Shown here: in pieces, positions 1 through 9,030 of the stretch | How positions within the stretch are numbered: the stretch's first letter is position 1 | Layout of the letters: each line of letters starts with the position of its first letter | Assembly: GCA_040754495.1 (NCBI GenBank) | Contig: JBFMCO010000031.1 | Location: 1 to 54,032, forward strand | DNA: 54,032 nt | From: Candidatus Micrarchaeota archaeon | GTDB lineage: Archaea > Micrarchaeota > Micrarchaeia > Anstonellales > Bilamarchaeaceae | Reading direction: 5' to 3' | Program-made: the position numbers and the translations under genes | The notes under the pieces: generated by a model | Told to the model about the DNA's origin: nothing | Databases searched by the model: none | What the model saw: the letters and a program-made list of their open reading frames with translations, nothing else

Positions 1-148
1 CTATGAGCGGGGCGAGGAAGAAGACGAACTCCCGCGGGTAGCCGAGCATCCCCTCGGGCGTCGCGAAGACTATGCCGAGCGCGAGCGATATGGAAAGGAC
101 GCTGATGGCTATCTGCACCGCTTCGTCCTTCTCGACAAGGATGTCCAA
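1..148 (-). CDS. Partial membrane protein (N-terminus only), possibly site-2 protease (M50) family
   Basis: TTG at 148 directly follows the stop of 149..532 and the frame stays open to the window edge: MDILVEKDEAVQIAISVLSISLALGIVFATPEGMLGYPREFVFFLAPLI. Hydrophobic. The HExxH motif would lie outside the window, so the family is a guess. Confidence 0.45.
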   Translation of the reverse strand, partial: MDILVEKDEAVQIAISVLSISLALGIVFATPEGMLGYPREFVFFLAPLI

Positions 149-532
149 TCAGTCCACCAGCCTCTCTTCGTAGATGATGCGTATCCTCGGCGGGCTGATG
201 AGGCCGGTGTAGCTTTCCACGACGCCTATGACCTCCGTGCCGTTCTGGAGGGCGATTTTTATCTGCTGGTTCTTCCTTCCGGACGCGGTCGCGGTGCCGA
301 GCCTGCCTATGATGCTCGGAATCGCCGAATCCGTCACGACAGAAACAGTGTCCCCGGCCTTTATCCCCCGTATCTCCGGGTAGAACGCGGTGATGGCTAT
401 CGAGAGAACCGTGCCGAGGGCCATCATCTTGAGCGCGAATGTGAGCGTGGAATCCGGCAGGAGCGCGAACGCCAGCAGGGACATGCAGAGTGAAAGCACG
501 AGCAGCTTGAACAGCATCTTCAGTCGCATCAT
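149..532 (-). CDS. Hypothetical membrane protein (2 N-terminal TM helices, small beta-rich C-terminal domain)
   Basis: 127 aa ORF starting 1 nt after the cdc48 stop; hydrophobic N-terminus. Confidence 0.7.
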   Translation of the reverse strand: MMRLKMLFKLLVLSLCMSLLAFALLPDSTLTFALKMMALGTVLSIAITAFYPEIRGIKAGDTVSVVTDSAIPSIIGRLGTATASGRKNQQIKIALQNGTEVIGVVESYTGLISPPRIRIIYEERLVD

Positions 533-533
533 A

Positions 534-2675
534 TCACCTGTACATGGTCGCTGCGGTGGTCTTGAATTTCTGGACGCTCTCGATGTCCTCCTTCTTCACG
601 CTCGGCACTACCGATTTGAAGGAGAGCTCAAAGTGCCTGGCCGAGACTTTCCTCGCCCCGTCCCTTATCGCAGCCATGCCAGCCTCCCGGACAAGGTTGT
701 CGATGTCAGCGCCCGTGTATCCTTCGGTGAGCCTCGCAAGGTCCCGCAGGCTCACCTCCTTGTCAAGGGGCATCTTCGCGGTGCATATCCTGAATACCTC
801 GAGCCTGGCGTTCTCGTCCGGGGGCGTGATCTCGACCAGCCTGTCGAACCTCCCCGAGCGCAAGAGCGCGGCATCGAGAATGTCCGGCCTGTTCGTAGCT
901 CCTATGACGACTACGTTCTTGAGACTGCGGAGGCCGTCCATCTCGACTAGTATCCCGTTTACGATATCCTCGTGGATGATCGATGGATTGCTGGCCGACC
1001 TCGACCTCGCTACCGTGTCTATCTCATCGATAAAGATTACGCTCGGAGCCGCCATCCTCGCTTTCCTGAAAAGTTCTTTTGTCAGCCTTGCCGATTCGCC
1101 TACGTGCGGCTGGACCAGGTTTGAGCCTTTAATGGCAATGAAATTCGCCCCGCACTCGTTCGCGACCGCCTTTGCCAGCATGGTCTTGCCGGTCCCGGGC
1201 GGCCCGTAGAGCAGGATGCCCTTTATCGGCCGGATGCCCATCTTCTCGAAGAGCTCCGGCTTCTTGAGCGGAAGCTCCACGGCCTCCTGTATCTCCCTCT
1301 TCACCTGCTGGAGGCCGCCTATGTCGCTCCACTTGATGGTCGGCCTCTCCACATACACCTCGCGCAGGGCAGAGGGCTGTATCTCGTGCATCGCGTTGAA
1401 GAAATCGTCCCTCACGACGCTGATGCTCTCGAGTATCTGCGGGGAGAGCGTCTCCTCCTCTATGTTTATCATGGGCAGCATGCGCCGGAGCGCCTTTATG
1501 GCAGCCTCCTTTGTAAGCAGGCTGAGGTCCGCCCCGGTGTATCCATGCGTGACGGATGCCACTTCCGGAATGTCCACGCCCTTGTCAAGGGGCATGTTCC
1601 GCACGTGTATGTTGAGTATCTCCTTCCTGTCGCTCTTGTCCGGCACGCCGATTTCGATTTCGCGGTCGAACCTGCCCGGCCTGCGCAGGGCCTGGTCGAT
1701 GGAGTCCGGCCTGTTGGTCGCCCCGATGACGATGACTTCGCCCCTCGCCTTGAGGCCGTCCATTATGGTGAGGAGCTGGGAGACCATCCTTTTTTCCACC
1801 TCGCCCATTACCTCCTCCCTCTTGGGCGCAATCGCGTCGATTTCGTCTATGAATATAATCGATGGCGCGTTCTCCTGCGCCTCGGCAAAGAGCTTGCGCA
1901 GCCTCTCCTCGCTTTCCCCGACGTACTTGCTTATTATCTCCGGGCCCCCGACATAGTAGAAATTGGCGTCGCTCTCGTTCGCGACCGCCTTTGCAAGCAG
2001 GGTCTTGCCGGTCCCGGGCGGGCCGTAGAGGAGTATGCCCTTCGGGGGGTCAATCCCCAGGCGTTCGAATATCTCAGGGTGGCGCAGCGGCAGCTCGACC
2101 ATCTCCCTTACCTTTTGTATAGTGTCCTTGAGGCCGCCGACATCGTCATAGGTTACGTTCGGGACGTTCTTTATCTCCTTTATGGGCTCCTTGTTTATCC
2201 TGACCTCGGTCTCCTCGCCCACCATCACCGCGCCCTGGGGGAACACCTGCGCCACGACGAGCGGGATGGAGGTGCCGAATATGCCGACCGGAAGGAGGTT
2301 GCCCTTGAGGAGCGGCTTGCCGATCAGCCTCTTCTTCACGTACTGGTCGAAGCCGACGGAATAGCGCACGGGCTCCTGGGGCGCGAGCACCACCCTTTTT
2401 GCGGATTTGGCCTGCACGGGCTCGACGCGCACCTTCTCGCCAAGGCCCACGCCGACGTTCTGGCGCAGGATGCCGTCCATCCTTATCATGTCCAGGCCCT
2501 CGTCGTCCGGGTGGGCCTGCCATACGATGGCGAGCGCGGCCTTCTTGCCGATGAGCTTGATGATGTCGCCCGTCGAGACTCCCATGCCGCTCTTGGCCTT
2601 GGAGTCGATTCTCGCTATCCCGCGCCCGATATCGTTCTGGAACGCTTCGGCGACTTTCAGGTTCACAGGGGGCAT
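534..2675 (-). CDS. cdc48: CDC48/VCP family AAA+ ATPase
   Basis: N-domain (DIGRGIARID), two Walker A motifs GPPGTGKT, Walker B IIFIDEID/VIFIDEID, SRH RPGRFDR, C-terminal MYR (HbYX-like). Confidence 0.98.
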   Translation of the reverse strand: MPPVNLKVAEAFQNDIGRGIARIDSKAKSGMGVSTGDIIKLIGKKAALAIVWQAHPDDEGLDMIRMDGILRQNVGVGLGEKVRVEPVQAKSAKRVVLAPQEPVRYSVGFDQYVKKRLIGKPLLKGNLLPVGIFGTSIPLVVAQVFPQGAVMVGEETEVRINKEPIKEIKNVPNVTYDDVGGLKDTIQKVREMVELPLRHPEIFERLGIDPPKGILLYGPPGTGKTLLAKAVANESDANFYYVGGPEIISKYVGESEERLRKLFAEAQENAPSIIFIDEIDAIAPKREEVMGEVEKRMVSQLLTIMDGLKARGEVIVIGATNRPDSIDQALRRPGRFDREIEIGVPDKSDRKEILNIHVRNMPLDKGVDIPEVASVTHGYTGADLSLLTKEAAIKALRRMLPMINIEEETLSPQILESISVVRDDFFNAMHEIQPSALREVYVERPTIKWSDIGGLQQVKREIQEAVELPLKKPELFEKMGIRPIKGILLYGPPGTGKTMLAKAVANECGANFIAIKGSNLVQPHVGESARLTKELFRKARMAAPSVIFIDEIDTVARSRSASNPSIIHEDIVNGILVEMDGLRSLKNVVVIGATNRPDILDAALLRSGRFDRLVEITPPDENARLEVFRICTAKMPLDKEVSLRDLARLTEGYTGADIDNLVREAGMAAIRDGARKVSARHFELSFKSVVPSVKKEDIESVQKFKTTAATMYR

Positions 2676-2679
2676 TTTA

Positions 2680-3648
2680 TCACCGGACGAGCGTCTGGCC
2701 GTCCTTTTGCTCTATCTTGACCGCAATCCTACTATTTAATAGCTCATCTTTTTTAAGGCTCACGACGGTGGAAAGCGCGATGTCCTCCGCCGCCTGCACG
2801 CCCATGAACCTGAGGGCGTTCTGCCTGTCGAAGAGCGCTTCCTTCCCGCCCACCTCAACTACGAGTTCTGAGTTCCGGGTTTCGAGTTTTGTGACCTGCC
2901 CAAGGAGCATGTCGCCTTTCCTCCTCGAAAGCATGCGCGTGTGGCCGTCTATCTCTACGTTTCCGTTCCTCACGGCCGCCCCCTCGATGATGACCTCGTC
3001 GCCCTCCCGCAGCCTCTCCGAGCGGGCAAGCCCCTCGAATATGACGCAGCGCCTCTCGGTTTTGCCGTCTGCCACCATGAACGAGAAGCCCCGTACCGTC
3101 CTCCCGAGCCTCACGAAGCTGTCCGCCCCCTCGATTGCGGCCACGTAGCCGCGTACATGGGCGCTCTCGTTCTCTTTCAGCTCGGCAAGTTCGGTGAAGG
3201 CGGCCTTATCGGTGACATCGAGCGTGCCGCTGTAGCCAAGATGCAGCTCGCCCCCCTTCTCATAGGCCCCCCTGACGGATATGCCGTCCCGCGTCCTGAG
3301 TTTTGCCGCAAGCTCCACGTCCCCGTTCCACAGGATGAGGGGCTTTCCGCCGCTCTCGTCCTCCACCTCCACCACCCTCGAGCGCTTTCCGGAAGAGTAT
3401 GCGGCGACCGGCCAGACTTTCTTCACTTTCGCAATGAACGAAACGCGCTTCTCGCCTTTCGGGATGTCGGCCAGCCTGTAGCTCTTCTCCTCGGTTTTCA
3501 GGAGGCCTTTCTCCTTCGCGATGAGGCGGAGGGCGACCTCGCGCGTCAAAAAGCCGTGGAATGATTTTATCCTCTCGGCGACCAGTGCCTCAAGCTCCCC
3601 CTTTTGCACGGATTTGAGAAGCTCTGCCTCAAGGTCCATATGCTGCAT
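2680..3648 (-). CDS. OB-fold ssDNA-binding protein, RPA-like
   Basis: EAALRLIAKE-type N-terminus (EVALRLIAKEKG), then two OB-fold-like segments (VEVEDESG..LILW; FMVADGKTE..CVIF). Start may be 3639. Confidence 0.75.
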   Translation of the reverse strand: MQHMDLEAELLKSVQKGELEALVAERIKSFHGFLTREVALRLIAKEKGLLKTEEKSYRLADIPKGEKRVSFIAKVKKVWPVAAYSSGKRSRVVEVEDESGGKPLILWNGDVELAAKLRTRDGISVRGAYEKGGELHLGYSGTLDVTDKAAFTELAELKENESAHVRGYVAAIEGADSFVRLGRTVRGFSFMVADGKTERRCVIFEGLARSERLREGDEVIIEGAAVRNGNVEIDGHTRMLSRRKGDMLLGQVTKLETRNSELVVEVGGKEALFDRQNALRFMGVQAAEDIALSTVVSLKKDELLNSRIAVKIEQKDGQTLVR

Positions 3649-3660
3649 TCTCAGGAAACG

Positions 3661-3666
3661 TTTTAA
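3661..3666. promoter_or_regulatory. Shared TATA box between divergent RPA-like and NFACT genes
   Basis: GAAACG-TTTTAA lies ~22-23 nt from the ATGs at 3639 (-) and 3689 (+). Confidence 0.5.
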
Positions 3667-3688
3667 TCTGCTGTCGATGAATCAAATC

Positions 3689-4684
3689 ATGCACAAGATG
3701 TCCAACCTCGAATACTCATACATCGCCGGCGAGCTGGGGCGCCTGCTCGCCGGGAAGCACTTTTCCCGCCTGAGGAAAATTGGCGAGAGCTTATACCGCA
3801 TGAAAATCGGGAGTTCGGAGATAATCGCCGAACTCGGCGTGCGCATCCACGAGACGCGGCGCATCGAGGACTCCAGGGAAGGCGACAAATTCACGGACAA
3901 GGCGGAAAAGGAGCTGGACAACGCCAGGCTGCAGCAGATAGAGCAGGTGCAGGGGGACAGAATCCTCTCATTCATTTTCGACAAGGGCTCCCTCGTCTTC
4001 GAGATGTTCGGGCAAGGCAATGCAATGCTCGTGAAAGACGGGAAAATCGTCTGCGCCCACAGGTACGAGTCGTGGTCGGACCGCGAGATAAGGGCAGGCG
4101 CGGAATACCGCCCGCCGAAGACCGCCCCAACGGACAGGCTCGAAGCCACGGACAAATACATAATCGTCTCGCTCATGAAGCTCCCCATCGGCAAGGACTA
4201 CGCGCTTGAGGCGCTCGCAAGGTGCGGCATCGATGAGAAAACCCCGGGCACGGCGCTGAGCGGGAACAAGCTCATGGAACTGGAGATGGCCATTGCCGCT
4301 ATCAAGGCGGATGCGCGCCCGGTTGCGTTCGTTAAGGACGGCAAAATCGCGGATTTCGCCCTTGTCCCGCTCTCGAAGCACAAGGACCTCGAAGTCCGCG
4401 TATTTCCTACGCTCAGCGAGGCCGCGGACGAATATTATTCAAAACTCGAAGCCCCAAACCCGAAACTGGAGAAGCTCCTCGAGCGCCTCGGGAAGCAGAA
4501 GGAGAGGCTTTCGGCCCTCAGAGAGGAGGAGAAGGACATGAAGGCCAAGGGCGACTACATCTACGGGAACTACGCCCGGGCCGAGGAAGCCATCGCGCTC
4601 GCCAAAAAGGGCGGGTTCGCCGAGCTCGAGAAGCTCGGCGCGAAGATAGACAAAAAGGAGAAATCCGTCGAAATAGATCTGTGA
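3689..4684 (+). CDS. NFACT (Rqc2/RqcH/FbpA) family protein, short form lacking NFACT-R
   Basis: MSNLEYSYIAGEL start, IEQVQGDRIL, VFEMFGQGNAMLV, HhH-like GKDYALEAL..GID, then a coiled coil. Start trimmed from ORF 3521. Confidence 0.85.
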   Translation: MHKMSNLEYSYIAGELGRLLAGKHFSRLRKIGESLYRMKIGSSEIIAELGVRIHETRRIEDSREGDKFTDKAEKELDNARLQQIEQVQGDRILSFIFDKGSLVFEMFGQGNAMLVKDGKIVCAHRYESWSDREIRAGAEYRPPKTAPTDRLEATDKYIIVSLMKLPIGKDYALEALARCGIDEKTPGTALSGNKLMELEMAIAAIKADARPVAFVKDGKIADFALVPLSKHKDLEVRVFPTLSEAADEYYSKLEAPNPKLEKLLERLGKQKERLSALREEEKDMKAKGDYIYGNYARAEEAIALAKKGGFAELEKLGAKIDKKEKSVEIDL

Positions 4685-5092
4685 CTAATACGTCGATTCG
4701 TTGGTGATGAGGTGCGGCTGCAGTATGAGCGCCGCCCTCTTGGGCTTGTCCACTACGACCGAGAGCACGGTATTGACGCTGTCCTTCGTGAGCGTGTGCA
4801 CGTTCTGGATGTTCACGCCCTCCTTGGAGAGCAGGTTGGTTATGCGGTTCAGCTCGCCGGGCTTGTCGGGCAGCTTGATGACGACCGCGTTCGGGTCCTC
4901 GACCTTGTAGCCTGCCGCCTCGACGACCTGCTTGCCTTTGGCCGGGTCTGAGATGCCAAGCGAGATTATGGCCTTCCCGCCCACAACGTCCACGTTTATT
5001 GTGTCTATGTTGATTTTGCTCTTCGCCAGCACGTAGGATATGTCTGCAAGTAGGCCAACTTTGTCGTCCGCGACTATGGTAATAGACTTCAC
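4685..5092 (-). CDS. Tandem ACT domain protein
   Basis: Two ACT repeats: DDKVGLLADISYVLAKSKINI and PDKPGELNRITNLLSKEGVNI. Confidence 0.9.
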   Translation of the reverse strand: MKSITIVADDKVGLLADISYVLAKSKINIDTINVDVVGGKAIISLGISDPAKGKQVVEAAGYKVEDPNAVVIKLPDKPGELNRITNLLSKEGVNIQNVHTLTKDSVNTVLSVVVDKPKRAALILQPHLITNESTY

Positions 5093-5113
5093 ATCCCCAC
5101 CTATGACGATTGT

Positions 5114-5160
5114 TTCCGGTTCCGGGTTTAGGGTTCAGGACAAATACCCAGAGAAACCTG
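5114..5160. repeat. Degenerate 7-bp-periodic intergenic repeat
   Basis: Minus strand reads cctgaac cctaaac ccggaac cggaaac. Confidence 0.55.
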
Positions 5161-5161
5161 C

Positions 5162-5458
5162 TCACAATCTGTAAATCTGAATATAAGGTGTCTTCTTTAT
5201 ATACATAACGTCCTTCTTTTCACAGAGGCCCATTGAAACAGCTATCGCCACAGATTCCTTTCCGACCAGGTTGGCCGAGTCGAATTTTTCGAGCGCCTTC
5301 CGGACCCGCGCATCATCAGCTTTCTCGCCGGCATAGAACCCGCCGTGCGTGGAAAGGTCCATGTACGCGCCCTTGCCCTCGAGCACCTTCCCCATGAGAT
5401 TCTCGTCGCATACGGCCACTATGCGCCCCTGCATGCTCTCGTGAATCCTGAGGTACAT
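5162..5458 (-). CDS. DUF424 family protein
   Basis: MYLRIHES..RIVAVCDENLMGK..GFYAGE..ANLVGKESV..AVSMG..I.KTPYIQIY; 98 aa from ATG 5458. Confidence 0.88.
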   Translation of the reverse strand: MYLRIHESMQGRIVAVCDENLMGKVLEGKGAYMDLSTHGGFYAGEKADDARVRKALEKFDSANLVGKESVAIAVSMGLCEKKDVMYIKKTPYIQIYRL

Positions 5459-5481
5459 GCAATGCCCTACCAGAGCGCGAA

Positions 5482-5487
5482 TATAAA
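5482..5487. promoter_or_regulatory. Shared TATA box between divergent DUF424 and lipoprotein genes
   Basis: TATAAA is 24 nt from ATG 5458 (-) and 22 nt from GTG 5509 (+). Confidence 0.5.
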
Positions 5488-5508
5488 TGTAAGCGGAGAA
5501 ATTCCTGC

Positions 5509-6030
5509 GTGAGACTCCTCGCAGCAGCCATCGTCCTGCTCCTTTTCGGATGCCTCCAGCAGGCAGAAGCCCCGCAGGCCCCGGAACAGCCGGCCGCTCC
5601 TCCGGAACCGCAGCAGGAGCCTCCTGAAGTCCAGGCAGTGGAAGGCAACATAACCGAACTGCCAGGGCCCGCCCCGCCCGCATCTCCAGGACCGGAGAAT
5701 GCGACAAACATGACACCGCCCCCGGATAACCAGTCTGGCGAAGAGCCCGCAGTTCCGCCGCAGCCGCCTCCTGAGGAAGGCATCGCTTTCGGGAACGGCA
5801 GATACGAGCTGTTCCTTGACGACATCTCGGTCGTGCCGGTATCGGACAGGCCATGCGGCATATTCAGCATCCGCCATGCGAACGGCACCCTGATAGAGAA
5901 GACGTTCATATGCCCCGGGGACTCGGAGACGTTCGATGCTCCTGAAGGGACCTACCGTATTTTCGTGCAGGACGTGGCCGCAGGCTACACGAAGGAAGCG
6001 CGCTGGGCCAAAGTAATCATCTACGGCTGA
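5509..6030 (+). CDS. Hypothetical lipoprotein with Pro/Glu/Gln-rich linker and small beta domain
   Basis: Signal with lipobox-like LLFGC; PEQP-rich stalk; C-terminal domain with a Cys pair. Confidence 0.75.
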   Translation: MRLLAAAIVLLLFGCLQQAEAPQAPEQPAAPPEPQQEPPEVQAVEGNITELPGPAPPASPGPENATNMTPPPDNQSGEEPAVPPQPPPEEGIAFGNGRYELFLDDISVVPVSDRPCGIFSIRHANGTLIEKTFICPGDSETFDAPEGTYRIFVQDVAAGYTKEARWAKVIIYG

Positions 6031-6071
6031 TTTGCGCAATCATTTTATTCTGCCGCTGTCCTATCCCGGCC

Positions 6072-7580
6072 ATGAGACTGCTGCCCGTAATTCTCGCGTT
6101 CGTGCTCATCTTCGGATGCTACGCTCCGGCCAAGGTGATTAGCTCATTCGATGACTGCGTTAAAGCCGGCTATCCGGTGCTGGAGTCCTATCCCCGCCAG
6201 TGCAAGACCCCTGACGGGAAGACGTTCGTGTCCGAAGAGGACCAAAAGCGCATCATGGAAGGCATAAAGACCTTCGACGAATGCGCCGCGGCCGGCTATC
6301 CAATCATGGAATCCTATCCCCGCCAGTGCAGGACGCCGGATGGCAGGACGTTCGCTTCCCAGAAGGACGCCTTCGACATTAATCTTGACGCCTCCTGCTC
6401 GGCAGATACGGACTGCCGCCTTGTGGATTCCTCGCTCGGCTTCGCCTGCTGCTATGCCGGCGCGTGCAGCCCCGCCGACTATTCGCAATACAACTGGATT
6501 GCCGTGAACGGAAGGTGGTTCGATGCAGGCCGCTCGGCATACTGCCCGGCCGAGAGCGAGTGCGGCCCGGCCCCGATGTGCCTCCCGCGGCCAATCAACG
6601 AGAACTATACCGCAAGATGCGTCGAGAACAAGTGTGTCAAAGCTCCAACTGCTGGGCTGGGAGCCGGGTGCTGCGACGAGTGCCTAGCCGCCTTCGACCG
6701 CAGCCCGGTGGGAGTCGGTCCGGAAGGCGCCAAATGCGGGCAGTTCGCAAGCGCTGCGCCAATCAGCGTCTCGTGCATGTCGTATTTCGCGTCGAACCCG
6801 GTTACCGTGGCGCAGTGCGGCTATACCCTCCCATCACCCGAACCGTCCCCCTCCATTAACATCACCGAAGGCGCCTGCAACACGCTCTATTCCAGCGGCG
6901 CGATGGAGGACAAGCTGAACATCATCTTCCTGCCATCCCGGCATTACTCCAACATGAGCAGGTTCGCAGAGGATACCGTGCTCTTCAAGGACGCGCTTTT
7001 CGATTTCCCGTTCTACCAGGAGAACTCAGGGAAAATCAACATGTTCCTGATGGCAGGGACGAGCGGGGCAGACGGCTGCGAGCTTGCGGGAGGCACAACA
7101 CCGTATTGCAACATAAGCGCCATGCGGTCTCTCGCCTCTGGCTGCTCATTCGACCAGGGCAGGGGCGACCAGCTCGTCGTCATTTTCGACAACGACGCGA
7201 TTTCCACGCCATACGCCCGCGGCGAGGGGCCGGACGACATCCTGTTCATCGGCTCGGGCGCAAGCGGCATCTTCGTGCACGAGTTCTCCCATTCCTTCGG
7301 GGACCTGGGCGACACCTATGACGGGAGCTGGAACAACACCATTGACCCCGAGTACCCGAACTGCGCGAGCATGACTCCCGGCTACACGTGCGAGGACAAA
7401 TGGGGCGACCTTATCGGCTCCGGGAGCGGCGACCAGCTCGTCGGCTGCTACCAGAACTGCCATGCGGAGAACTGGTATCGGCCGACCTTCAGCGGCGACG
7501 TCATGCGCGACTCGTCCAAGGACTTCTACGACCCGGTGTCCCTGCAGCACATGCTCGGCCTGATGAGCATGTACAACTAA
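6072..7580 (+). CDS. Secreted lipoprotein with two Cys-containing repeats, a Cys-rich region and a C-terminal M64-like zinc metallopeptidase domain
   Basis: IFGC lipobox; two copies of FD(D/E)C..AGYP..ESYPRQC.TPDG.TF; HEFSHSFGDLGD zincin motif; WYRP...VMR. Confidence 0.75.
   Translation: MRLLPVILAFVLIFGCYAPAKVISSFDDCVKAGYPVLESYPRQCKTPDGKTFVSEEDQKRIMEGIKTFDECAAAGYPIMESYPRQCRTPDGRTFASQKDAFDINLDASCSADTDCRLVDSSLGFACCYAGACSPADYSQYNWIAVNGRWFDAGRSAYCPAESECGPAPMCLPRPINENYTARCVENKCVKAPTAGLGAGCCDECLAAFDRSPVGVGPEGAKCGQFASAAPISVSCMSYFASNPVTVAQCGYTLPSPEPSPSINITEGACNTLYSSGAMEDKLNIIFLPSRHYSNMSRFAEDTVLFKDALFDFPFYQENSGKINMFLMAGTSGADGCELAGGTTPYCNISAMRSLASGCSFDQGRGDQLVVIFDNDAISTPYARGEGPDDILFIGSGASGIFVHEFSHSFGDLGDTYDGSWNNTIDPEYPNCASMTPGYTCEDKWGDLIGSGSGDQLVGCYQNCHAENWYRPTFSGDVMRDSSKDFYDPVSLQHMLGLMSMYN
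6138..6353 (+). repeat. Intragenic tandem duplication, 42-codon spacing
   Basis: ISSFDDCVKAGYPVLESYPRQCKTPDGKTF vs IKTFDECAAAGYPIMESYPRQCRTPDGRTF. Confidence 0.9.
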
Positions 7581-8251
7581 GGCTTCCGGCATACCCGGTC
7601 GCGCAGGAACGGTGCGGCGCCGGGGTTCGGCTCTACTGCCGCCCCGAACGCCGTCTTCCTCAGGAATTCCACCATCTCCGGGTGCCGGGGCATCCAGATA
7701 TCGAAGTACACCTCGTTCCCCATGGCGTGCTCCATCGCGGTCATGCCTTTTTCGTCCCTGGCAAATACGTCCGCGCCTTCCGCGACCGCCTTTTTCACGC
7801 CTTCAAGGTCGCCATTTTTTGCCGCATCGAGGAGAGCATTGTCCGTGTTGCTCTTCGCGCCTGCCGGCCTGTCCATCGCAGCGGCCCGCCTGCGGTATTC
7901 CCCATTCACGGCAGCGGAAGCCTCTTCAAGCACCGGCAGGACGTTTAGCAGTTTCGAGTTCAGCGTTTTGCGGGCGCCTGACGCCATCTCCTTCAGCGCA
8001 TCGCCCCATCGTCCGACCTGCTCCAGCGGCGAATCCCTGCTCGCCTGGGCAAGATACGCGCATACGGATGCGACGCCCCTGGCATCGCCGGCTTTCACCA
8101 TCGCGGCCAGCGCCTCAATCGTATCCTGCGGCCTTTTCATGAGAGGCAAATCCGGCCCGGTATAGACCGCACCGACCATGGCAGGCCCTCTCCGGCACCG
8201 CTCTACAAGCTCAAGACTAGTTCTGGCTCTCTGTCCCATCCCTGATTTCAA
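7577..8251 (-). CDS. Ankyrin-repeat-containing protein
   Basis: ALLDAAKNGDLEGVKKAVAEGADVFARDEKGMTAMEHA is a typical ankyrin repeat. Start uncertain (8251, 8239 or 8179). Confidence 0.7.
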   Translation of the reverse strand: MKSGMGQRARTSLELVERCRRGPAMVGAVYTGPDLPLMKRPQDTIEALAAMVKAGDARGVASVCAYLAQASRDSPLEQVGRWGDALKEMASGARKTLNSKLLNVLPVLEEASAAVNGEYRRRAAAMDRPAGAKSNTDNALLDAAKNGDLEGVKKAVAEGADVFARDEKGMTAMEHAMGNEVYFDIWMPRHPEMVEFLRKTAFGAAVEPNPGAAPFLRDRVCRKP

Positions 8252-8388
8252 AACACCCTTTCATATTTTTCACCTCGCAGAGTGCGCCATCAGGCACATC
8301 TGTCGCTGTTGATGATTGAGCGCGCCGGAGGTATTTAAATCGGCGTCACAAAATCCATCCGCATTATAAATCGTTTATCGTTCCTATC

Positions 8389-9030
8389 ATGGAAGGGGTG
8401 CGTAAAATCAAGTCTGGGCTTGTCCGGGCGTTAGCAATAGCCGTTGTCATCCTCAGCTCAATAATAGTCGTAGAGTGGCTGAGCGGAATGCCGCTGCAGC
8501 AGTCGCTGTTTCCCTATTCCATCACCACGAAATTCACCACCGCCGTCTCATTCGTGGTGGCTGGCCTTATGCTCTACCTCATTCCGGAAAAGGCGCACCA
8601 CTTGCTGCGCAGCATGCTGCTGCCTCTGCTCACATTGGCCCTCGTTATACTGATATTCCCGGTTTTTGTTTCCTCCCTGCTCGGCCTCGAGACCGGGTTC
8701 GAGCAGCTTTTCGTCAAAGAAAGCGCCGGAACCACCATGACGGTGTTCCCCGGGAAACCGGCTGTCGCTACAATGGTCGATTTTCTGCTCATAATGCTGA
8801 GCGGCGCGCTGGCCATCCTGGAGCCGTCTATGAAGAAGCCGGCGTTGCTGGCGGGCCTGATTAATTGCCTCAGCGGGGCGTCCGCCATCATGGGCTATCT
8901 CTTAGGCATTCCTTCGCTGTATTTCGATATCCCTGGCTTAAGCAACCCCATGGCCATCCCCACGGCGCTGATGTTCGTGCTTCTGGGTGCGGCGCTCGTG
9001 TCAATCGCGCAGGACGGTGAAGACGCATGA
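8389..9030 (+). CDS. Polytopic membrane protein resembling the membrane sensor module of histidine kinases/diguanylate cyclases
   Basis: About 6 hydrophobic segments with repeated (M)..TA..F...G..L motifs (FTTAVSFVVAGLML; MAIPTALMFVLLGAAL). Confidence 0.65.
   Translation: MEGVRKIKSGLVRALAIAVVILSSIIVVEWLSGMPLQQSLFPYSITTKFTTAVSFVVAGLMLYLIPEKAHHLLRSMLLPLLTLALVILIFPVFVSSLLGLETGFEQLFVKESAGTTMTVFPGKPAVATMVDFLLIMLSGALAILEPSMKKPALLAGLINCLSGASAIMGYLLGIPSLYFDIPGLSNPMAIPTALMFVLLGAALVSIAQDGEDA

Noticed and set aside
390-2720. Long antisense and alternate-frame ORFs (e.g. 1386..2720, 31738..33222, 50494..51657)
   Set aside because: They shadow well-supported genes on the opposite strand, as expected in high-GC DNA, and carry no motifs.
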